Below, in pieces: positions 16,682-24,344 of a stretch of DNA of 64,000 bases. The DNA comes from Kiritimatiellia bacterium (lineage in GTDB: Bacteria; Verrucomicrobiota; Kiritimatiellia; RFP12; UBA1067), in NCBI GenBank assembly GCA_051884805.1, contig JBJEWA010000135.1, positions 7,464 to 71,463 on the forward strand, read 5' to 3'. The first letter of the stretch is position 1. Each line of letters opens with the position of its first letter. The position numbers and the translations under genes were made by a program. A model generated the notes under the pieces. The model made no database searches and was not told where the DNA came from. It was given only the letters and a program-made list of their open reading frames with translations.

Positions 16682-18184
16682 TCAGTCTGCGACCGTCAGC
16701 GCCAGGCGAAAGCCCTGGGACCCCGTGCCGCCCGCGGCCAGCGGATTTACCGACGTCTCGAACTTCGCCGCCGCATGCGCCGAACTCCGGCAGGCGACTT
16801 TCGCACTGCTCGACCGCCAGCTGCCGCCGGCCGCAACATGGCAGTTGTACGCCCCCGCACCGACGCTTTCCGCATTCCCCGAATACCCGACCGGGCCGCG
16901 CTCGTCCACCGTCGGCGTGTCCTCCGTGTTGGCGGCGAACGTTCCCCAATAGTCGAGGCAGAGTTCCGCCACGTTGCCGTACATGTCGTAAAGCCCCCAG
17001 GCGTTCGGCGCATAGCTGCCCACCCGCGCCGTCGCCAGCGCGCCGGTCGCGTCGGTCAAGTCGGGCGCAGCCGCCCCGCTGTTCGCGTAGTAGCGCGCAA
17101 TTCCCTCCAGCGCGGACTGCGCCTGCGTCAGGTCGTCGCTCGCCAGCTCCTCCCCGGTGTACAGCGCCGTCTCCGTCCCCGCCCGCGCGGCGTATTCCCA
17201 CTGCGAGTAGGTCGGCAGGTCCAGGTAGTCGCCAAGGCCGGTACGGGCGCGGAACTGGTAGATGAACGACGATTCGAGCGTGACCGCGTGGCCGGCCGCC
17301 TCGCTCTCGCCCGGCCAGGTGTCGGGGTCGCGCAGATGATGCTTCTGGGCGGCGTTCGCCGGATTGCCCCAATGCGTGAAGTGGACGTTCTCCACCGGTC
17401 GCGTCCCCCAGACCGACTCGTCGCCCTGCGAAACGGAGGACGGATTCGAGCCGAAGACGAGACTGTACTGCTTCTGCGTCACCTCGAAGACGCCGAGGTA
17501 GTAGTCGTGCGAGAACTTGACGTAGTGCACCAGCTCGGAATTGTCGCGCCGGCCGACCTGCCCGGCCGGCGCCCCGAGCTTCGCCGTCTTGCCAAAGGCC
17601 TGGATCTTGCGAAAGACCATCTTCGTGGTGCGATAGACGTCCGACCCGATGCCGCCGGGCAGTTCGGATTCCGCCGTATAGTAGGTGACGTTGGCGCCGG
17701 GCTCGGCCTCAAGATCGACGACCATGTACAGCGGATGCTTCAGCAGGCGCTGGCGCTCCGCCTCGGCGGCGGCCTCGGCGGCCATGCGCTCCCAGAACTC
17801 CGTGTTCGCCGCCCAGTGTTCCGCATTCGTCGGCCAGACGGTCAGGACGGCACGCGCCCCTTTCGTCTTGTGTTCGGGCCATGAGGCCCGCGCATCCCAG
17901 ACCAGGCGGTTCACGCCCGCGCTCATGACCAGCGTTCCGGCGTGCCCGACGAGGTTGGTGAAGTTCTCGGCGCCGATCGAGACCCAGCCCGGATCCGCCT
18001 GGTCCAGCGACCGGTTGGCGTTGGTCTGAATATCGACCGTCAGGATCACGGGCGCCTCCGACAACCGGTATTCGATCGTCGTGACGCGACGACCGTTCTG
18101 GCTCATCGTCACCTCCGACACCTCCGGCACGGCGAGCGCGGCGAACGACGACAGGATCGTCAGCAAGGGCAACAGGCGTTTCAT
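16682..18184 (-). CDS. FGE/SUMF1 domain protein, tandem paralog of 15314..16672
   Basis: Same motifs as its neighbour (YYLGVFEVTQKQYSLVFG, YAPNAWGLYDMYGNVAELCLD, GGSW...GFRL). Signal peptide MKRLLPLLTILSSFAALA. Confidence 0.85.
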   Translation of the reverse strand: MKRLLPLLTILSSFAALAVPEVSEVTMSQNGRRVTTIEYRLSEAPVILTVDIQTNANRSLDQADPGWVSIGAENFTNLVGHAGTLVMSAGVNRLVWDARASWPEHKTKGARAVLTVWPTNAEHWAANTEFWERMAAEAAAEAERQRLLKHPLYMVVDLEAEPGANVTYYTAESELPGGIGSDVYRTTKMVFRKIQAFGKTAKLGAPAGQVGRRDNSELVHYVKFSHDYYLGVFEVTQKQYSLVFGSNPSSVSQGDESVWGTRPVENVHFTHWGNPANAAQKHHLRDPDTWPGESEAAGHAVTLESSFIYQFRARTGLGDYLDLPTYSQWEYAARAGTETALYTGEELASDDLTQAQSALEGIARYYANSGAAAPDLTDATGALATARVGSYAPNAWGLYDMYGNVAELCLDYWGTFAANTEDTPTVDERGPVGYSGNAESVGAGAYNCHVAAGGSWRSSSAKVACRSSAHAAAKFETSVNPLAAGGTGSQGFRLALTVAD

Positions 18185-18197
18185 GGCAGCGGCTCCT

Positions 18198-18488
18198 TCA
18201 ACGTACGAGAATCACAAGTCCGCGATTCAATGTCGTGGCGAAGTCGCCGACGACGTTTGAAAACGCCCGGCTGAACGTTCGCAGATCCAACGTGCCGTCG
18301 GCGCCCTCGCCCGTGGCGGCGGCGGACTCAACCGTTGACACCTCGACGCCGACATGGCCGGAGGCATCCCAGAAACCGTCGGCCGCATCGGCCGGCAGAT
18401 ACGGACTCATGTCATTCCAGACAAACGACGCAACCGCCGTTGCCGACAACAGCATCATCGCCGCCAGAAGCATCCCCAGTCTTCGCAT
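18198..18488 (-). CDS. 96-aa secreted protein; C-terminus ends GLVILVR
   Basis: Start MRRLGMLLAAMMLLSATAVA, preceded by a GGAAAGGAGGGA SD. First gene of the 18488->11016 string. Confidence 0.55.
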   Translation of the reverse strand: MRRLGMLLAAMMLLSATAVASFVWNDMSPYLPADAADGFWDASGHVGVEVSTVESAAATGEGADGTLDLRTFSRAFSNVVGDFATTLNRGLVILVR

Positions 18489-18552
18489 CAACCGCCGTCC
18501 CTCCTTTCCGAAACCGCGCACCGCACGCGGCGCATTCCTCGCATTGCCCGCC

Positions 18553-18581
18553 ATTATACCATTTATACTCACCTCGCACAA
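18553..18581 (-). promoter_or_regulatory. sigma70-like promoter TTGTGC-N17-(TGg)TATAAT for the 7-gene string
   Basis: Read on the minus strand: -35 at 18581-18576 and -10 at 18558-18553. Confidence 0.45.
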
Positions 18582-18593
18582 GGGGTCCCCTTC

Positions 18594-18644
18594 CAAAAGA
18601 CAGCAGCCCTGCTCGCGGGCGTGACGGTCTTTTACGCGGGCTGC
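18594..18644 (-). terminator. possible terminator downstream of the Fic gene
   Basis: Minus-strand stem GCAGCCC...GGGCTGC with inner pairing, followed by TGTCTTTTGG. The hairpin is imperfect. Confidence 0.35.
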
Positions 18645-18716
18645 CGGGGCGCAGCCGGGGAATCAGCCTCCTGACTGCGGAAGTCGCGACGATACGCGAT
18701 GTCAAAGGGATGACAT

Positions 18717-19655
18717 TCACTCATTCCCGCCCAATGCCTCCGTCAAAACCGAAAGTCGCGCAGCTTCCGCCTCAACGAAGATACGAATCATCGGCACGGC
18801 ATTGGCATCCCGGTGATAGACGGTGAACGCATCATAGTAAGCGACTCGATTTTCATATTTGATGCTGATCGGAAGATATCCAGCGCGCATAAGGATGAAG
18901 TTGGCGAGAAGACGTCCCGTTCGACCGTTCCCGTCAATGAACGGATGGATTGCCTCAAAACTGATATGGAAAAGCGCAGCCGCCACGAGCGGATGAAGGT
19001 GTGTTGCGTTCAGATCGCGCACCCAGCCTTCCATTTGCGGCACAACGAGATAAGGTTGCGGCGGCGTATGCGCCGCGCCCGTAATGACCACCGGCATCCG
19101 GCGATACACCCCGCGGTCCTGCGGCTGGTCGGCCAACACGAGCGCATGCAGTTCCTTGACCAGACGCTCGCTCATCGCCTCGCCTCGACCGACCACTTCC
19201 GCCAGGAAGTTAAAGGCATCACGATGGCCAATGGCCTCCAGGTGATCCTTGAGCGGCTTCTGGCCGATGGTCACGCCCGCCAGGACGAGCGCGGTCTCAT
19301 TCAGTGTGAGCGTATTACCCTCAATGGCCGTCGAGTTATGGGTGTAGTCAACCATGAACGACTCTTGCCAGCGCTGCTTCTCACTCGGCGTGAGCGGACG
19401 CCGCCTCGACAACAACTCCTTCAGGGAATCGACCTTCAGCACCAATCCCATCAACTCCTTCGGGATTCCACCATAGCGCAACGAGCGCCCATCTACCGGG
19501 CGCGGACAATCGGAAGGAATGCGCCAATGCTTGCCTGCCAGTATTGCCCCCGCAATCTTTCCTTCCACGCACAACATCCGTACGCGGCGCGCTGAAATCT
19601 GCCATCTTTCAGCCGTTTCCCTAACAGAAACCAACTTTTCACCGATTGTTCCCAC
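18717..19655 (-). CDS. Fic-family AMPylase (class II, intramolecular inhibitory helix) with N-terminal excisionase/MerR-like HTH
   Basis: The Fic motif HPFIDGNGRTGR and the inhibitory motif STAIEGN ([ST]xxxE[GN]) lie upstream in the same chain. The N-terminus VSVRETAERWQISARRVRMLCVEGKI is an HTH. GTG start. Confidence 0.9.
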   Translation of the reverse strand: MGTIGEKLVSVRETAERWQISARRVRMLCVEGKIAGAILAGKHWRIPSDCPRPVDGRSLRYGGIPKELMGLVLKVDSLKELLSRRRPLTPSEKQRWQESFMVDYTHNSTAIEGNTLTLNETALVLAGVTIGQKPLKDHLEAIGHRDAFNFLAEVVGRGEAMSERLVKELHALVLADQPQDRGVYRRMPVVITGAAHTPPQPYLVVPQMEGWVRDLNATHLHPLVAAALFHISFEAIHPFIDGNGRTGRLLANFILMRAGYLPISIKYENRVAYYDAFTVYHRDANAVPMIRIFVEAEAARLSVLTEALGGNE

Positions 19656-19661
19656 GCGGAT

Positions 19662-19670
19662 AGTATAACA
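19662..19670 (-). promoter_or_regulatory. extended -10 box TGtTATACT, 6 nt upstream of the Fic GTG
   Basis: The minus strand reads TGTTATACT-atccgc-GTG(19655). Confidence 0.35.
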
Positions 19671-19867
19671 CAGTATCGGAAGGATAGCAACGGCAAAAAA
19701 TGAATATTCGCCTAACTATACTTCCGTTTCCAGAATGAAAGATACGGATGACGTGTGTTCAGTCCCATTCTCAACCAGACCAGACTTCGCCATGAGAAGC
19801 CAATCCTCAAATGCGGTTGTTTTGCTCGCGATCACACAACATTAGGCATGTAATTTGGATAGTCGAT

Positions 19868-19896
19868 TTGCATTGAGACGCAACACTTGCTATACT
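19868..19896 (+). promoter_or_regulatory. sigma70-like promoter TTGCAT-N17-(TGc)TATACT for the HTH/nuclease/methylase string
   Basis: Read directly. The ORF-track start at 19887 lies inside this promoter. Confidence 0.45.
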
Positions 19897-19931
19897 TCGC
19901 TTCGGAAACTAACGAAAGAACCATACAATGG

Positions 19932-20294
19932 TTGCCCGCTATAAAATTTTGGAAACTGCTGACAGACAAGGACATGACGAAAACCGGATTGCGCATGACA
20001 TCTGGCCTATCCTCTTCGACTATTGCAAGAATGGCGCGAGGTGGTTACATAAGGGCATCCGTCCTCGTGCGTCTCTGCGAAGTCCTCGGCTGTGGCATCA
20101 ACGAAATCTTCCAGACTCTCCCAGCCACCCAGTGCGCGACGCCAGACAACAGTCGTGAGAGTTGCGCCCACGTACCGAACAAGAAGCGGAAATTACGAGA
20201 CAGGTCAACGCGACAGGGAACATTATGGCACAGAAAGACCAAGTTGTTGCCGCACTGCAGAAGTGTGGTGGGTATGCCACGTTTTCCGAGCTGA
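19932..20294 (+). CDS. small XRE/Cro-type HTH protein (possible controller protein)
   Basis: IKFWKLLTDKDMTKTGLRMTSGLSSSTIARMARGGYIRASVLVRLCEVLGCGINEIFQ fits a YozG/Cro-like HTH. A TTG start is assumed. A basic ~60-aa tail overlaps the next gene by 70 nt, so the 3' end is uncertain. Confidence 0.5.
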   Translation: MPAIKFWKLLTDKDMTKTGLRMTSGLSSSTIARMARGGYIRASVLVRLCEVLGCGINEIFQTLPATQCATPDNSRESCAHVPNKKRKLRDRSTRQGTLWHRKTKLLPHCRSVVGMPRFPS

Positions 20295-20923
20295 ACCACC
20301 TTGTCGACTCCTCGTCGTGGGGTACTAAAACGGTAGCTGCGACCATCCGGCGGATCGTCCAACAAGATCCAAAGTTGTTTTATCGCATTATTCCGGGACA
20401 GTGGGGCTTGGTTTCGATGCGCAAATTCATCGAAAGCCAAGGTGCTACCGAGAGATCAGAGAGCTACACGCATGGGTATTATCAAGGACTTTTGGTTGAG
20501 CTTGGAAATGCCTGCCACTTCAAAACCTACGTTCCGCCACAAGACAAAAATCGTCCGTATGCACACAAAAGACTGTCCGACATCATTTCCCTTCCGGTGA
20601 TTTATGACTTCACTCACCAAAAAATCTTGCGCAAGGCCAAGACTGTCGATACGATTTGGTTTAACAGCCGAGAGATGCCAACCGCATTTTTTGAAGTCGA
20701 ACACACGACAGATATACAGAACTCTCTTGATAAATTCTACGAATTACAAGACTTCAATGCCAGATTCACCATCGTATCGGCAAGAAAGAATCGCGCTCGG
20801 TTTGATGACCTCCTGAGCTATTCCCGTTATGATTCCATTCGCAAGATGGTTTCGTTTTACGATTATGACAAGCTTGTCAAACTTCACGACTTGAAAATGG
20901 CCGAACTTGAAGTGGCGATGTGA
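20225..20923 (+). CDS. HARE-HTH-like N-terminal domain + restriction-endonuclease-like (D...EVE) C-terminal domain protein
   Basis: The N-terminus VVAALQKCGGYATFSELNHLV...IRRIVQQDPKLFYRIIPGQWGL resembles HARE-HTH. The C-terminus HGYYQGLLVELG...TVDTIWF...AFFEVEHTTDIQNSLDKF resembles a nuclease core. Call rests on pattern recall only. Confidence 0.55.
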   Translation: MAQKDQVVAALQKCGGYATFSELNHLVDSSSWGTKTVAATIRRIVQQDPKLFYRIIPGQWGLVSMRKFIESQGATERSESYTHGYYQGLLVELGNACHFKTYVPPQDKNRPYAHKRLSDIISLPVIYDFTHQKILRKAKTVDTIWFNSREMPTAFFEVEHTTDIQNSLDKFYELQDFNARFTIVSARKNRARFDDLLSYSRYDSIRKMVSFYDYDKLVKLHDLKMAELEVAM

Positions 20924-20941
20924 GATCTGATCAATGATAAA

Positions 20942-22087
20942 ATGGAGCAACCGATGTATTCTGATTCGTCAACAACAGCTTTCCATAACAGCAGTGATAT
21001 GCGGAGGCGCGATTTCTGCAAGGGCGTGGCGGCCACTGCCGTCTCACCAATACTACCACTACAAAGTGTTGGAGAGGAATCAGTACCGATTAGTACAGTT
21101 GGGCGCAACCGGGCAAAAACTGCCGTAGCAGATATTGACCACTTTGAGAAAGGTGATGTTCATTTATATTGCGGCAACAGCTTATCATTTTACGAAAAAT
21201 GGGCGGCTCCAACGGTAATCGTCTCCGATGGAGCATATGGGATTTTGGGATTCGAAGGTGACACATTCGATCACACCGGAGTTCCCGAATGGTATCGTGC
21301 ACACATTGAACAGTGGTCAAAGTTTGCACGGCCAAATACGACGCTTTGGTTTTGGAACTCCGAAATTGGTTGGGCGGCCGCGCATCCAGTTTTAGAAGCA
21401 AACGGATGGCGCTATCAAAACTGCAACATCTGGGATAAGGGATTAGCCCACATTGCCGGCAATGTCAATACCACTAAAATTAGACGTTTCCCGGTTGTCT
21501 CAGAGGTTTGCGTTCAATACGTACGAGAAAATAGAATCAATGGCGACCCGCTGAAGGTTTGGCTTAAAAAAGAATGGCAAAGAACGGGGTTGCCATTACG
21601 ATGCGCAAATGAAGCATGTGGCGTCAAGGACGCGGCAGTACGCAAATATCTTGACCAAGGGCATTTGTGGTATTTTCCACCAGCAGACATGTTTGAACGC
21701 TTGTCTTCCTTTGCCAATGAACGCGGCGAAAAATCCGGCAGACCTTATTTCTCATTAGATGGTAAACGACCCTTGACCGGTGATCAATGGTCTTTGATGC
21801 GCGCAAAATTTCATTGTCCGCATGGTTTTACCAATGTATGGAACCGTCCGCCAATCAGCGGCAAGGAACGCATAAAAAATGAAAACAACAAGGCACTTCA
21901 TCTAAATCAAAAGCCTCTCGACCTGATGGAAATGATTATCAAGGCTTCATCAGACGAGGGCGACGTGGTGTGGGAGCCGTTTGGTGGTTTGTTCTCAGCT
22001 TCACGGGCCGCAATTAACTTGAAGCGGAAAGCGTACGGCGGAGAGATAAACCCCTATTATTTTAATGCTGCCATATCCCGTTTTTGA
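20942..22087 (+). CDS. beta-class N6A/N4C DNA methyltransferase (PF01555-like) with an atypical motif IV
   Basis: The C-terminal HLNQKPLDLMEMIIKASSDEGDVVWEPFGGLFSASRAA is the AdoMet motif I region. Motif IV reads VIVSDGAYG in place of DPPY/SPPY. The true start may be downstream of 20942. Confidence 0.8.
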   Translation: MEQPMYSDSSTTAFHNSSDMRRRDFCKGVAATAVSPILPLQSVGEESVPISTVGRNRAKTAVADIDHFEKGDVHLYCGNSLSFYEKWAAPTVIVSDGAYGILGFEGDTFDHTGVPEWYRAHIEQWSKFARPNTTLWFWNSEIGWAAAHPVLEANGWRYQNCNIWDKGLAHIAGNVNTTKIRRFPVVSEVCVQYVRENRINGDPLKVWLKKEWQRTGLPLRCANEACGVKDAAVRKYLDQGHLWYFPPADMFERLSSFANERGEKSGRPYFSLDGKRPLTGDQWSLMRAKFHCPHGFTNVWNRPPISGKERIKNENNKALHLNQKPLDLMEMIIKASSDEGDVVWEPFGGLFSASRAAINLKRKAYGGEINPYYFNAAISRF

Positions 22088-22322
22088 TGTCTCAATCATC
22101 GTCAACACCGTACGGAGACATGAATGACCTAATCTAATTCCATTACCGCAGATCAACTGATCTGAACGCAAATCACTCTTGAAAACTACGACAAAAAAGA
22201 GCTACATGGGATTTGCAAGGCAATCCTCTTTGGATACGCCTTGTCATGTGTTTGTAGCGGCTGTCGTAGGCCTTCAAGGCATGTGGCAAGGCGTATCCTT
22301 TCCAATCACGAAGGGATACATT

Positions 22323-23201
22323 ATGGGTACACGTGAAATTCTTGAGTCTGCCAAAGAACACCTTTACGCTCTTAGGGGAGAGGTCTTTGATGTTTTGACT
22401 ATCACCCAGCCGACTTCCGTCGATGAAATTAGAAACCTCGCCAAGATCGTTTCAAAACTATCCCCGCTCATAGGCAACCTCATCGAGTTCAAAATAACCG
22501 AATTTTTAAATTCGAAGTTGAATAGTGACGACGGGAAATGGAAGCGACAAGACCCCGGGTTTCCCGATGTGATTTTTGACGGAAATCTCACCCCTGCTCC
22601 GGGTTTTGAAATAAAAGCTTGGTTCCCGTTTGCAACAGAAATCACCGGGCGATTCAAAGATTCAGAGGAGAGATTCAAAAATGACGAAGTTGATCTCGTA
22701 ATTCTGGCTTGGTTACCAGAGCATATCTTCTGGGGTAAACCTCGTATTATCGACGTCTGTGTCGTTTCTGGCAAATCTGTTGCCATTGCAAGAGATCTGC
22801 ATTATCACAAACCTCCTCACTATTTGGTTATTGAGCCAGAAAACACCTCGGATAGGACAGCAAACCTACAGCAGACAAACACAAACGGCTATGTGATACA
22901 AGACTCATCCGAGGCGGGATTAAAAGCGGCGAAGGCGATTGTTAAGTCATGGGGAAAGAATGGGGCCTGTTATAGCACATCGAAGCTGTACCAAGATAGG
23001 CTAAAAGGTCTAATGGGCAAGGTAGAATACCGTCTTGATACGAACTACGCAAAAATTGATCGTATTGAACATAAAGGCATAGAAGAATTCAAGCGCACGG
23101 TACTTGGGCGCGAGCTTGGCGGCGAAACTATCAAGTCATGGGGTTCCATAATCACCGATCTCCCACCCGACGTAGCAAAATCACTTTTGAATATTCAGTA
23201 A
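22323..23201 (+). CDS. PD-(D/E)xK nuclease, candidate type II restriction endonuclease
   Basis: GFPDVIFDGNLTPAPGFEIKAW gives PD...(13)...EIK. Start set at MGTREIL with a GAAGGGA SD. It lies immediately downstream of the methyltransferase. Confidence 0.6.
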   Translation: MGTREILESAKEHLYALRGEVFDVLTITQPTSVDEIRNLAKIVSKLSPLIGNLIEFKITEFLNSKLNSDDGKWKRQDPGFPDVIFDGNLTPAPGFEIKAWFPFATEITGRFKDSEERFKNDEVDLVILAWLPEHIFWGKPRIIDVCVVSGKSVAIARDLHYHKPPHYLVIEPENTSDRTANLQQTNTNGYVIQDSSEAGLKAAKAIVKSWGKNGACYSTSKLYQDRLKGLMGKVEYRLDTNYAKIDRIEHKGIEEFKRTVLGRELGGETIKSWGSIITDLPPDVAKSLLNIQ

Positions 23202-23402
23202 CTTGCTATGAGCGTCGAATCGTAAGTTGTCTTGGATTCAAGGAAAATTACCGGCGAAACGACACATTATGGAGCTTCATTCCCAGATATTGCACCTTAA
23301 AGCCGATAATGCCTCCAACAGACACAACACTTTATTGACGATTTCATATCGAGTGGGCTGCATGAGACGCTAATGCGGCGATAAACCGCCGACTCCTTTC
23401 TT

Positions 23403-24344
23403 ATGCTCATGCTCAAAGGCTGGATAGCCGCCGCTTTTACGCTCATTGTTTGGGGCGTCACATTCGTCAACACGCGCATGCTGCTGAGCGAGTTTTCCGC
23501 GCTCGAAATCCAGCTGCTGCGTTTTGCGCTGGCGTGGGGGACGTTGGCGCTCATCGGTTGGACGCGACGCAAGCGCTGCGGCTGGCAAGGACGCCGCGAA
23601 GCGCTGTTCGCCGCGATGGGACTGACCGGGGTTTTCGTCTATCAGTTTCTGGAGAACTGCGCCATCTACTACACCAACGCCAGCAATGTCGCCATTCTCG
23701 TTTCCTTCGGGCCGATCGTGACCGCGCTCATGGCGCGGCTCGCCCTCAATGACCGTTCACTGTCCCTTCGTCTTGTCCTCGGCTCACTCGTTTCAATCGC
23801 TGGCGTGGCACTCGTGGCGGTAAACGGCGTAGTCAACTTTCATCTGCGTCCGCTGGGGGATTTGATGGCGCTCGGCGCAATGGTCAGCTGGGGCGCGTAT
23901 TCGATTCTCATTGGCAAGGTCAACGCGCTGGACGTTCCGCCGCTCGTCGCCGCCCGTAAGTCCTTCGGATGGGCGCTGGCAATCATGCTGCCGTTGGCGA
24001 TATGGGGCGCGACCGAAAGCGGATATGTCGCTTTGGACGGCTCGTATTCGGTGACGCTGGATCTCGCCGCGAACGCGGAAAGGTTCCGTTCACCCGGAAA
24101 CGGACTAAACCTGCTCTTTCTCGGCATTCTTGCCTCGGCGGTCTGTTTCGTCCTCTGGAATATCGCCTGCAAAGCGCTCGGTGTCGTCCGCACGACCGTT
24201 TGCCTTTATCTGATTCCCGTCATTGGCGTTCTCTTCGCCTATTTCTGCTTGCACGAGCCGATTACATGGATGTCCGCCGCTGGCGGCGTCCTGATTCTCG
24301 TCGGCGTTGTCACCGCCACCATGAAGAGAGGCGTTCACAAATGA
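23403..24344 (+). CDS. DMT-superfamily (EamA) transporter
   Basis: About 10 TM segments arranged as a duplicated EamA pattern (…FLENCAIYYTNASNVAILVSFGPI… / …FVLWNIACKALGVVRTTVCLYLIPVIG…). Confidence 0.85.
   Translation: MLMLKGWIAAAFTLIVWGVTFVNTRMLLSEFSALEIQLLRFALAWGTLALIGWTRRKRCGWQGRREALFAAMGLTGVFVYQFLENCAIYYTNASNVAILVSFGPIVTALMARLALNDRSLSLRLVLGSLVSIAGVALVAVNGVVNFHLRPLGDLMALGAMVSWGAYSILIGKVNALDVPPLVAARKSFGWALAIMLPLAIWGATESGYVALDGSYSVTLDLAANAERFRSPGNGLNLLFLGILASAVCFVLWNIACKALGVVRTTVCLYLIPVIGVLFAYFCLHEPITWMSAAGGVLILVGVVTATMKRGVHK

Larger units (their letters stand above)
18594..23402. other. AT-rich (relative to flanks) putative horizontally acquired island: Fic + HTH + two nuclease-like genes + DNA methyltransferase
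   Basis: Codon third positions switch from mostly G/C to mostly A/T. The strand polarity flips to plus. Gene content is of the defence/RM type. Confidence 0.6.

Noticed and set aside
19928-20158. The 76-aa ORF starting at the first ATG of the predicted transcript (MVARYKILETADRQ…).
   Set aside because: It has no recognisable fold or motif. The overlapping frame encodes a clean Cro/YozG-type HTH, so the HTH frame (TTG 19932) was preferred. This start assignment remains uncertain.
20999-21073. A twin-arginine (Tat) signal-like sequence MRRRDFCKGVAATAVSPILPLQSV at the N-terminus of the DNA methyltransferase ORF.
   Set aside because: A DNA methylase has no reason to be exported. The segment lies upstream of the conserved methylase core and is probably untranslated, if the true start is a downstream GTG/TTG, or it is fortuitous. 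I keep it only as a caveat on the start site.
23969-24340. The upstream 124 codons of ORF 23969..24697, which overlap the EamA gene in another frame.
   Set aside because: The translation is Arg/Gly-rich with no features and lies entirely within the well-supported transporter gene. Only the part from the ATGA junction (24341) onward looks like a real secreted protein.
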